A stretch of 64,000 nt of DNA from Vitrella brassicaformis CCMP3155 (Eukaryota > Protista > Chromerida): the NCBI GenBank assembly GCA_001179505.1, contig CDMY01000511.1:1-64000 (forward strand), given 5' to 3'. The position numbers were made by a program, and so were the translations under genes. Under the pieces are notes generated by a model, which searched no databases, had not been told where the DNA came from, and saw nothing but the letters and a program-made list of their open reading frames with translations. Shown here in pieces: positions 1 to 9,920 of the stretch (the stretch's first letter is position 1; the number at the start of each line of letters is the position of its first letter).

Positions 1-193
1 GTACGCATGGTCCATCTGACCCGCACACCCTGTCTGGACGCAATACAGGACAGGGAGCATCAACTGTGGCATCACTGCTCGTTGCTGGTGCCGCCCAAGA
101 GCGCCGGCAGCTATCCTGACTCTGTGAGATCGGTGCCACTCTCATGGTGCAGGCGGACATACGCAATGTTGCCTTCTGGGCGTTTGCGTTGCA

Positions 194-1939
194 TTGCAAA
201 CGGCCGCCCACCTGCACGCACTGAGACCAACAGCAGCAAACAAAGACTATCAGCCACCGATCGTCAAATGGAAGGGCTTCATGCCTAACCTTGACCATCT
301 GCTGCACACATGGGGACGACTTGCGTATGTCTACAAAAGAAAAAGAGACAGAGAAAGCACGTTCGACCCCAAAGCGCACAGAGGTATCTTCGTTGGATAC
401 AAAACACGAATGAAGGATGGTTTTCTGATCTATCTGCCTGAGCTCAACAAGCTCAAGGTGTCACGTGACGTGCGTGTGTTTGAGCACCTGTCATATGACG
501 ATTTGTTCCGTCTTCCTCAGCTGCAAGGTCCAGAGGGGGCTGAGGGAGAAGAACACGGCAGATCTGATCTGCAAAGCCACCCATTAGCTAATCAGAAGCG
601 CATGCTGGTCAGGTCGCAAAGAAGAGAATTCTTGCGCACCGCCATTCCTGACGTCATCAAACAAACAAAAGAAGACACACAGGAACGGCAGGAGAAATGC
701 GCAGACCAGCAACCAGCTGACTCAATGCCAGTGCAAAGGCCGAACGAGCAAATTGAAGTGGATACACCACTCAACGAATCGAAACGGCCTGATGCACAAA
801 ACATACACGGACAAGGTATTGCGCGATGCAGAGAGAGACGCATGCCTAAGCTGCCAGTGTACCTGGCCAAACATTATGTTGGTGAGCCCTCCGAGGAAGA
901 GGGGGAGACAGAAGAGGAAATAAACTGCCCAAAGTGCGGTGCTCTTCATGTCGAGCCACCATTTGGCCAGCATTTGGTCCTCGGCGGGCGCGTCAATCTG
1001 CACAGACCACACAAAAAGCATCTTTGTTCGTGCGGTGCAGTATTCACACTCGGCCGCAAGAGCCTGGGCATCATCCCGAGACGCACAGCGACTCACCTGG
1101 GTGACATTCAGCCGCCCTGGTATCCATTGTCGCGTCTTGGTGAGGTGCTGGGTGAGTGTGGACGGTCGATGAGTGTGGATCGAGCCAGTATGCAGGCACA
1201 TCCATCGGCAGCAGCTGATGTCGATGAAGAGATGCCGCAGCTGGTGTGCGAAGCCGATGTATGCCCACCATTGGCTTTCCCTCCAAACTGGACTGCACCA
1301 GACATACAAATGCACAATGAGAGGCTTGACATGATAGACATGTCATTTGCTGACATCGATGTGTGTTTCTTCGCTGATCTCGAGCCACGCAGTTACCAGG
1401 AGGTATTGCGAAGCCCAGAGAAGGCCGAATGGCTCGAAGCGATGAACAAAGAGCACACGTCCATCGTCAACAAACACGTCAGGGAGTGCGTGCCAATCAC
1501 CGAAGCAACCAGTAAGATATTGCCCTGCAAATGGGTATACAAACAGAAGCCTGACAAAAAGAAGGCACGACTGGTTATGCGTGGTGATTACCAAGAGTTT
1601 GATGAGCTGAGAGAGACATATGCAGCGACGCTCTCAAACCTCGCACTCAACGTCTTTGTGGTACTCTCCCTGATGACTGATCTGCCACTCGCCGAGGTCA
1701 TTGCCTTTGCTGATGCCGCATGGCAGGATCAGCCTGACAGCAAGAGCTCAGCAGGCTACCTCTTGTACCTGTGTGGCAATCTGATTGATTGGCGCTCACA
1801 TACACAGAGATGTGTGTCAAAGAGCACCTGCCACGCAGAATACATTGAGCTGAGTGATGTAGGTGACCGAGTAGTTGACTGTTCTAACATTGTCAACTTC
1901 CTCGGCTTCAAAGCATCCACTGCGCTGGTCTTCACAGAC
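194..1939 (+). CDS. pol: copia pol fragment: integrase C-terminus, Cys/His insert, start of RT joined in-frame to RNase H; runs into gap
   Basis: ORF 194..2401 up to the N run. At ~1680 the RT sequence (VLSLMTD) jumps directly to RNase H (LPLAEVIAFADAAW). Confidence 0.8.
1173..1680 (+). repeat. near-identical duplicate of 2240-2747 (and 1684-1939 duplicates 3531-3783) across the first gap
   Basis: Direct comparison gives an offset of 1067 nt with only a few substitutions (e.g. gct/ggt, aac/agc, atg/gtg). Confidence 0.9.
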
Positions 1940-2239
1940 NNNNNNNNNNNNNNNNNNNNNNNNNNNNNNNNNNNNNNNNNNNNNNNNNNNNNNNNNNNNN
2001 NNNNNNNNNNNNNNNNNNNNNNNNNNNNNNNNNNNNNNNNNNNNNNNNNNNNNNNNNNNNNNNNNNNNNNNNNNNNNNNNNNNNNNNNNNNNNNNNNNNN
2101 NNNNNNNNNNNNNNNNNNNNNNNNNNNNNNNNNNNNNNNNNNNNNNNNNNNNNNNNNNNNNNNNNNNNNNNNNNNNNNNNNNNNNNNNNNNNNNNNNNNN
2201 NNNNNNNNNNNNNNNNNNNNNNNNNNNNNNNNNNNNNNN
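1940..2239. other. assembly gap (300 N)
   Basis: N run. Confidence 1.
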
Positions 2240-2241
2240 GT

Positions 2242-4083
2242 GTGGATCGAGCCAGTATGCAGGCACATCCATCGGCAGCAGCTGATGTCGATGAAGAGAT
2301 GCCGCAGCTGGTGTGCGAAGCCGATGTATGCCCACCATTGGCTTTCCCTCCAAACTGGACTGCACCAGACATACAAATGCACAATGAGAGGCTTGACATG
2401 ATAGACATGTCATTTGCTGACATCGATGTGTGTTTCTTCGCTGGTCTCGAGCCACGCAGTTACCAGGAGGTATTGCGAAGCCCAGAGAAGGCCGAATGGC
2501 TCGAAGCGATGAACAAAGAGCACACGTCCATCGTCAGCAAACACGTCGGGGAGTGCGTGCCAATCACCGAAGCAACCAGTAAGATATTGCCCTGCAAATG
2601 GGTATACAAACAGAAGCCTGACAAGAAGAAGGCACGACTGGTTGTGCGTGGTGATTACCAAGAGTTTGATGAGCTGAGAGAGACATATGCAGCGACGCTC
2701 TCAAACCTCGCACTCAACGTCTTTGTGGTACTCTCCCTGATGACTGACAGACGATTGTATCAGTTTGATGTCAGCACAGCCTTTCTCAATTCGCCATTGT
2801 CTACGCCTGTCTTCATACAGATACCTGAAGGGTTTCGTGAAGGGCTAGAGGGCATGTGTTGGAAGCTCCTGAGGGCTATGTATGGCCTGCAGGAAGCACC
2901 ACACGAATGGCACAAAACGCTCATCACTCGTCTCACAGAGATGGGATTTGAGCAGTGTGTCGTCGAACCATGCCTACTCAAACACACAGAGAGAGACCTG
3001 TGGCTGGTCATCTTTGTGGATGACTTCCTCCTCGCACCTATAGCTGGTCGCGAAGAGACGGATCGTCAGTGGTTCATCGAACAGATCAATAAGACGTTCG
3101 AAGTGACCTTTCTCGATGAGGCTGATGTCTATCTTGGCATCAAATTCACTCGAGAAGGCAACACATTGACCCTGATGCAACCAAAGCACATCAAGGCCAT
3201 GCTCACACGCTACCATTTGGATGGTGATGACGTGAGGACTTACCCAACGCCCTGCACGTCAACGTCGATGCGTTTGTCAAAGGAACAATCACCACACACT
3301 GAATGGCAGCGAAAGCAAATGGCCAAAGTGCCAGTGAGACCGGCTGTTGGTTCACTCATGTATCTGACCGTCTTCACGCGTCCTGATATCTTCTTTGCAG
3401 TCAAGGAAGCTGCTCGGTATACGAACAATTCGGGCAGAGCACACTGGACGTGGGTGAAAACGATTCTCAGATACGTGAAGGCAACACAGGGCCTTGGTCT
3501 GACCTACACCAAAACAGGCACAACAGACAAGCCACTCGAGGTCATTGCCTTTGCTGATGCCGCATGGCAGGATCAGCCTGACAGCAAGAGCTCAGCAGGC
3601 TACCTCGTGTACCTGTGTGGCAATTTGATTGATTGGCGCTCACATACACAGAGATGTGTGTCAAAGAGCACCTGCCACGCAGAATACATTGAGCTGAGTG
3701 ATGTAGGTGACCGAGTAGTTGACTGTTCTAACATTGTCAACTTCCTCGGCTTCAAAGCATCCACTGCGCTGGTCTTCACAGACAGCCACTCAGCCAAAGA
3801 TTGTGCCTATGGTGAGAAGATCCCCAAGAAGCTTCGAGGGCTTGACCTGAGAGCACACCACATACGACACCTCACCAAGCAAGGTATTTGTCGTGTGTTG
3901 TGGTGCCCCTCTGAAGAGAACCTTGCGGATCTGATGACCAAGCCTCTGTCACGGCCACGATTCGAGTACCTGCGGAACAAGATATTCAGCAACGTCACCA
4001 GAGAGTCATTGCCCTTTGACCTGGTTGATGTATCAACGCTGTTAAATCCGCAGGACGACGATGACGAAATGGCCGATGTCTGA
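2242..4083 (+). CDS. pol: copia reverse transcriptase / RNase H (uninterrupted, 613 aa visible)
   Basis: Open frame with all copia RT and RNase H motifs; catalytic motif reads FVDD; TGA at 4081-4083. Confidence 0.95.
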   Translation: MDRASMQAHPSAAADVDEEMPQLVCEADVCPPLAFPPNWTAPDIQMHNERLDMIDMSFADIDVCFFAGLEPRSYQEVLRSPEKAEWLEAMNKEHTSIVSKHVGECVPITEATSKILPCKWVYKQKPDKKKARLVVRGDYQEFDELRETYAATLSNLALNVFVVLSLMTDRRLYQFDVSTAFLNSPLSTPVFIQIPEGFREGLEGMCWKLLRAMYGLQEAPHEWHKTLITRLTEMGFEQCVVEPCLLKHTERDLWLVIFVDDFLLAPIAGREETDRQWFIEQINKTFEVTFLDEADVYLGIKFTREGNTLTLMQPKHIKAMLTRYHLDGDDVRTYPTPCTSTSMRLSKEQSPHTEWQRKQMAKVPVRPAVGSLMYLTVFTRPDIFFAVKEAARYTNNSGRAHWTWVKTILRYVKATQGLGLTYTKTGTTDKPLEVIAFADAAWQDQPDSKSSAGYLVYLCGNLIDWRSHTQRCVSKSTCHAEYIELSDVGDRVVDCSNIVNFLGFKASTALVFTDSHSAKDCAYGEKIPKKLRGLDLRAHHIRHLTKQGICRVLWCPSEENLADLMTKPLSRPRFEYLRNKIFSNVTRESLPFDLVDVSTLLNPQDDDDEMADV

Positions 4084-4203
4084 CCAGGCAGGACAGGCAA
4101 GACAAGGCAGATCTTTGATGAAGCGCCATCTTTTTCGGTATGATGGTCGCGCTCGTGATTGTGTTGTGTGAAACGCTCCACAGCAACGACAAGCAAAGCT
4201 GTG

Positions 4204-4216
4204 AAGCGAGAGGGGG
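4204..4216 (+). other. polypurine tract (PPT) of the copia element
   Basis: aagcgagaggggg ~120 nt after the pol stop, immediately before the candidate LTR. Confidence 0.65.
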
Positions 4217-4366
4217 AGTTAGAGCAGAACTTACACGCGCAGATCTACGAGACACAAAGGTGCGTGCTTTGTTGCGTGCTATCGGACGCTCTTCTGTCTC
4301 TGAATGCTCCGATTCGGCTTCCTCACACTTCTACTCGCAACCTCAGCTACGCTGTGATCTCCAACT
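4217..4366 (+). repeat. candidate 150-bp 3' LTR with AGTTAGAG...CTCCAACT termini
   Basis: Starts directly after the PPT and carries a 7/8 terminal inverted repeat; the 5' LTR is not in the window, so this cannot be confirmed. Confidence 0.45.
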
Positions 4367-4424
4367 AGGCGTGGCAAGCTCAGTCGTAAGCTCGCAAGAC
4401 AGCCGAGAGTCCCCCTCCCTCCTC

Positions 4425-5353
4425 ATGGCTCCCAAACGCACGGAGTTTCCCCCTTTCGGGTGGCGTGAGACCTCGACTATCAACCTCGGTGGGCAAACGA
4501 CGCCCATCACGTTCTGTCCGCACTTCCACGCACCCCTCGCCAGTGGCAAGAGCAAGGACGGCATGATAGAGCACCCTGACGGAATGGTCAAGAAGATTTG
4601 CAACACCGCCTTCCTCAATTTCGTCAACACGAGCGACACGTACCGCTACGTCGAGGGGGAGCCGTGCGTGATGCACAAGGACGTGTATGACATCACCGGC
4701 GGGTGTTCCAAGTCCCTCACCAAGACCAGCATTGTGTGCTGTTCCCCTCGCTGTCGTGACGGCTCCAGATCGGCTCGTGTGTGTGCCGAGCACAACCCCA
4801 GCACGTGGAAGACGACAACCGACAACCCACTGCTTGCGTCGATGTTGGAGTTCACGGCCAGCAAGCACACGGGCAAGAAGGGCTTTGTCTGTACCAAGTG
4901 CATGCTGGAAGCGTTTGATGAGGTGAGAAAACACAGCACAGCGCAGCATCACATCGGCGTGCCAGGGTGTTCATCTCTGTGTTGTGTGTGTGTATGTATA
5001 GCAACTCACCATCATCAAACAAGCCCGTGTCAAGTACGGCTGGTGTGCGGAGACGCCCGACAACCACAAGTCCATTGTCGCAGCACTGGACGGCACACAG
5101 ATGTAGGTGAATATAGCGAGAAGCATGTGTGTGATGTGTGTGTCTATGTGTGCATTCTGTGTAGTGGCAGGATGCGTTAGAGGTCACGGAAAGCGAACAG
5201 CAGCCACCAGTCCCATTCACCACACCACCAGCCCAGCTGCAGTCAGCACACATCAACACGGCGGTCAGCGAGTTGTCGATCGACATGCTCAAGCTCACCA
5301 TCAAGGAAGCGGTCAAGGAGGGCGTGAGGGAGGGTGTCGAGGAGGGCGTGTGA
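4425..5353 (+). CDS. Cys-rich hypothetical protein, about 3 exons (exon 1 4425-4922, exon 2 from 5002, last exon ...EAVKEGVREGVEEGV* ending 5353); exon 2/3 junction not resolved
   Basis: ATG at 4425 (MAPKRTEFPPFGW...CCSPRC...CTKCMLEAFDE), GTGAG donor at 4923, (GT)n-rich intron ending TATAG at 5001. Confidence 0.55.
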
Positions 5354-5745
5354 AGGGTGTTGGCCAGCACACGATGAGAGAGAGGGAGGGCAAGGTCTGT
5401 TGTGTGTGCGAGGAGGGTGCTGTGTGCGAGAGGAGAGGGCTGGGTCTGTTGTGTACGGGTTCTGTAGTGTTGTATTGTTATTTATTCATGTTAGTCGTCA
5501 TTCATTGCGTGTTCAAATTTTAATTGTTCACGCTTTGAATATTATGCTGTCTAACTCTGTGCGTCATCTGCTTGTCGTCTGTTGTGTGTATTGTCGTTGT
5601 ATGTATTTCATCTGAGTGTCGTCTGTCGTGTGTAGTGTCGTTGATTAGTGTACATATTCGTGCGAGACAAAAATCAATTGCCTGCGTAAAAAAAAAACAC
5701 TCTATGTTCAATTTTCAATGTTTAACATACCATTTGTAGAGTGTC

Positions 5746-6291
5746 TTATTTGTACAGCGTATTAAAAAAATCAATGAATGGCAACGCTTGCACTTCATAG
5801 TACTCACTATTAATTTGTGAATCATCGGTCAACAATGGCGTGATAATTATGTATTCATTTGTAATATCATTGTCTTCCCACATTTTCAAGTTAAAAGTTC
5901 TTTGTTTCATTACAGCCTTGTGGAATTGACACACCAAAAAATTCCACAACTCAAAGCTCTGACGTTTAAATATTTGAAGATCAGAAATATTGATTATAAA
6001 ATAGCTGTATTTATCTGCAAAATCAATGATAATTTTAATGAATTCGTTGTCTTTGGATGTAATTGATTGTGCTTGACACGTCGGACATTTGAGGCATCCA
6101 TAGCCCTTATGAGAAAGTTTGATGGAAGCGTTAGAGTAAGGATGCTGTATAATATAGTAATACTTGTCATCATTTTTTTCATCACATCGTATAATATTAT
6201 TAATACATCGACGACAAAATTCGTGTTTGCACGGAAATTGAAATTTTTTACGACAGATGGAGTCAAGGTAAATCGCACATTCTTGCGTCAT
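5746..6291 (-). CDS. RING-finger protein (second ligand reads Y instead of C)
   Basis: ECAIY...FPCKHEFCRRC...CLKCPTC matches C3HC4 spacing; intronless; AT-rich. Confidence 0.7.
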   Translation of the reverse strand: MTQECAIYLDSICRKKFQFPCKHEFCRRCINNIIRCDEKNDDKYYYIIQHPYSNASIKLSHKGYGCLKCPTCQAQSITSKDNEFIKIIIDFADKYSYFIINISDLQIFKRQSFELWNFLVCQFHKAVMKQRTFNLKMWEDNDITNEYIIITPLLTDDSQINSEYYEVQALPFIDFFNTLYK

Positions 6292-6330
6292 TTTATTGTC
6301 TTACTTTTTATAAATTTGTTCATTTATTTA

Positions 6331-6645
6331 TTATACACCATAACATGCATCACATATATTTAAGAATACATAATAGGGATGAGTCGAATGTCTCAATATC
6401 TTAAAATCATAAATACTCATAATTTGTCGACAGCCAGGGCATTTTCTATATGGTCTTCGTTGACATTTTTGACATATAAAGACTTTAACAATATTGGGAG
6501 TTTTATATTTAAACACGTTTCCATTCGGATTACAGAGAGAGCAAAAAAAGAATGGCCGATCCTCAATAAAGTCGTCCTTAATAATTGCCTTTTCCAGAAA
6601 ATTATAAACAGCGTCTATATCATAGTCTGAAAAAGACATAGTCAT
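6331..6645 (-). CDS. small zinc-binding protein with four CxxC pairs
   Basis: CSLC, CQKC, CPGC and CDAC in 104 aa; co-oriented and closely packed with the RING ORF. Confidence 0.65.
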   Translation of the reverse strand: MTMSFSDYDIDAVYNFLEKAIIKDDFIEDRPFFFCSLCNPNGNVFKYKTPNIVKVFICQKCQRRPYRKCPGCRQIMSIYDFKILRHSTHPYYVFLNICDACYGV

Positions 6646-6671
6646 GTATATAATTAATTAATTGTAATTAA

Positions 6672-6935
6672 TCAGAGATAGATGAGCCCAGCAGTGTCTG
6701 TTGATTTTTTAGATTTGTCCCGCTTAGGTGGACGAGCAGCAGCAGCCGCAGCTGGTTCTTCTTCTTCTTCTTCTTCTTCTTCTTCCTCACGCTCTTGACT
6801 TTCAGCTTCACCACCTCGTACATACTGCAAATCATTTCGAAAAAACGCTTGTCGCTGGCCTGTAACCTCCTCAATTTTAGACGACCAATTTGGTAAATAA
6901 CCTTTATCAAATCTGTACCGGTGCTTACGAACTTG
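6672..6935 (-). pseudogene. C-terminal remnant of a Polinton-type retroviral-like integrase (SH3-like tail plus acidic tail)
   Basis: QVRKHRYRFDKGYLPNWSSKI..VT....FFRNDLQYV resembles the VR...FxKGYxPNWSxE segment of Maverick/Polinton integrases; no DDE core is visible. Confidence 0.65.
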
Positions 6936-6939
6936 ATAT

Positions 6940-9840
6940 TGAAAAAGAGCCTGTAAAACTATTGAAATATTATATCGTGTTGACGACATAGAAGGCGGAT
7001 GCAATACAAAAATTAAAGAACCAAGGCTTCGTGAAGTTTATGATGATAACGGAAACTTGATTTTTCAATATTTAGACATAGATAGTAAAGACAATAATTG
7101 CTTCTTTCGTGCTGTCAATATTTATTTACAAAATAAAGAGCAAGCCTGCAATTCAAGAAAGAAAGCATTTAATGATAATACGAAAAATACGAAAATGACA
7201 CTGAAAAAGGAGGTTTCGAAAATTACAAAATGAAAAAGGGACGCAAGAAATGATGAAATTAGTAAAACAAAAAGTCAATGAACCCATAAAGAATGCACCT
7301 ATAAAGAAAACTGATATTGAAGATATAATATCTCCTTACTATGAACGCAACTTTCAGTTATATCATATTAATGGAGAGAAAATTGAGACCAAACAATATA
7401 ATGAATATAATGCTTTTCCTGTAATTAACATATTATATAACAATGAACATTATAATTTAATTATTGATCAAAATATTACGCATATTAAAAAGTGTCAATG
7501 CAGTCATACTCTTGTTGGAGAAAAGAAAATTAGAGAATACGCTTGTCAGAAATGTAATGATTGTTTGCAGTTTTACTGAAAAACACATACGAAGTGCAAT
7601 AAAGATAATTTAAATGAAGCACGACGCAGAAAGAACGAGCAGAAGAAGGTTTTTGAAGAGGATTTCATAAACGAATATTTAAAAAATCTGATTGAAACGG
7701 GAACCAGAGAAGAGATTGAAGATATTATTGGAAAAGACATAATGGCATGCGATATTGAAAGTTATGCCGATAAAAATAATGGTGATAAGCATAAATGTTA
7801 CGCTATTGGAATAATTGATGTATCAAACAATAGATACGAGCATCAATTTTATAGAGACAACGCATTAAGTGAATATATTGATTACATACACGAGCAAAAC
7901 AATAAAGATCGTGCTTTGAAACTTCTTTGGTTCAACGGAGCGGGTTTTGATTTGTCATTTGTATGGAAAGAATTAGCAATAAATCGTAAGATGATAGTAA
8001 ATAGTAAGATGAATAAAAACAGACAATACTTTATTTTTGAGTGGGAATCCAATAAAATGAAAAATACTATTATTGATTTGTTCTTATTTCTACAACCTTA
8101 TGGATTAGACCAATGTGCGAAAGATTTTGGATTTAAAGTGGGAAAAGGCAAATTTCCTCACTTATTTGCTAAATGCAAAGACGACATATATTATGTTGGC
8201 ACTGGACGATTAAGCAAAAAAGACTTTTCATATGATGTTCGTAATGATATAGGCACTGATGATGAATTAAGAAGCAAAATGTTTGATTTCAAAAAAGGGT
8301 GCATAAAGTATTTAAAACAAGATGTTAAACTGACATTGCAGCTCTACTTTGAGTTTGCTTATACAATGCTAAAAGAGTTTAGAGTAGATATTCGTAAATT
8401 ACTACATTAGCTTCAATGGCTTACAAAATGTGGTGCTACGAAATGAATGATGAAATTTTGAGACCCAGAAAAATCAGGATAAATTTTGTTTTATTCAAAG
8501 AAATAGTGTAGGTGGCCGATGTGAATTATGGAAGCGAGTTTTTGAAAGTAAAGCATTCGACAAATTGACTAAATGTTTTGAATTTCAGAAAGACAAGGAT
8601 GTATTCAATATATTTAACAAAAACAACAACGTTATTAACTTGCACGACGTTAAAAACGTATTCAATCAATTGGCTTTTAGCAAAGAAGAAGAAAAAGAAT
8701 TTTTTGACATAGTCGCAGATGATTATTTAATTGCTCTCGACATCGTTAGTTTGTATCCGTTTGTAATGAAATTTAAGAAATTACTTATGAACAAATACTC
8801 GATAGGACATAGTTATTGGGCAAATTCGATGAATGAGAGAAATTGGCTTCAACAATTATTAGATGAAGAAAAAGGCGACGAACTGCCTGCTGGATTTTAT
8901 GAAGTTGACGTAATACCGAATAATAAGAAAATCATTCCTACGAATGGAAGCAAAATTCGACACAGAGATGTTATATTCTTTAATGATGACGAAATAGAAA
9001 AATACAAGGTAAGTACAACACAATTTAATTTTGTTAATACAAAGAAGCAAGTTTATAATTCAGTCGATCTCATCGATGGTTTGAAAAGAGGAGATAAATG
9101 TAAAATTGTTGGCAGTGTTTTATTGTTTAACGACACATCAGATGAAGTGTTTGATGAATACGTAGAGCAGGTGTATGATATGAAGATGAAACAAGACGTT
9201 GAGAAAGAGAAAAAGAAAAGAGAAGAAGAAATGCTTATAATCCTGTATTACGTCATTGTGCTAAAATTCTACTTAACTCAGTATATGGCAAGACATTGCA
9301 AGGCAGTTATGATGAAATAGAAAAAGAAGTACGCACTGCATCCGAACTTAAAAAACTTCTAAAAAATCACATATGGGTTGATTTTTTGGAAATGGGTGAT
9401 TCATATATATTTATTGGCAGAAAAATCAATTTCTCTGACACAACAAACATGCCGAATCAGTTAGGATGCTATATATTATCTTATTCACGAATGTACATGA
9501 ATATGATATTTGATATGATCGATGAAGAGCGATTAAATGAGAAACCTGATGTAGAAAAATCTATATATAATACACCTTTTATTCTGATACAGACTGTGTC
9601 ATTGTACACGCTTCTCTTCTCAAAAAAGGGGCTCATCCAATTTATCATCCATATGATGAAAACGGTGAATTTATTTTGAAACAATTAGGACAACTTGAAA
9701 ATGAGATTGGGGAAGAGGGAAAAATTATTGCTTTCTACGGAAATGCAAAAAAGTCTTATTGCTATATTGTGTTGACATCAAATGGAGAGATATGGTATAC
9801 GTATGAATCATATATATACTATATTGTATTATGTATTTAG
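6940..9840 (+). pseudogene. polB: protein-primed family B DNA polymerase (pPolB) broken by several frameshifts and stops
   Basis: ExoI ACDIESY (~7745), ExoII FNGAGFD (~7930), GKGKFPH, ExoIII YLKQD (~8309), TLASMAYK (other frame ~8403), SVGGR (~8511), motif A DIVSLYP (~8739), motif B KILLNSVYGK (9263-9292), YILSYSR, motif C YSDTDC (9580-9597, after a poly-T frameshift), LGQLENE, KSY. Confidence 0.9.
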
Positions 9841-9920
9841 TTGAGCAAAATTTTAATAATTACTATATAAAGAAATAATTCGTTATAATTAGTATTGGAA
9901 TAGTTCCAAAAAACTGATAC

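Larger units (their letters stand above)
1..4366 (+). mobile_element. Ty1/copia LTR retrotransposon, 3' portion (integrase C-terminus, RT, RNase H, PPT, candidate 3' LTR); 5' end lies outside the window
   Basis: Copia domain order INT-RT-RH. Integrase SH3 tail (FDPKAHRGIFVGY...SRDVRVFE), RT motifs (CKWVYKQK...KARLVVRG, FDVSTAFLN, AMYGLQEAPHEW, IFVDD) and RNase H motifs (FADAAW, SSAGY, STCHAEY, FTDSHSA, NLADLMTKPL) are all present; purine tract follows pol. Confidence 0.95.

Noticed and set aside
4140-5180. 346-aa ORF after pol as an env-like or ORF3 gene of the copia element
   Set aside because: It crosses the PPT and candidate LTR; the coding-like part starts at 4425 and has host-type spliceosomal introns.
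7200-9700. Alternative genetic code or programmed frameshifting to explain the polB breaks
   Set aside because: The breaks are mixed indels in homopolymers plus stops at no consistent site; ordinary decay or sequencing error is simpler.
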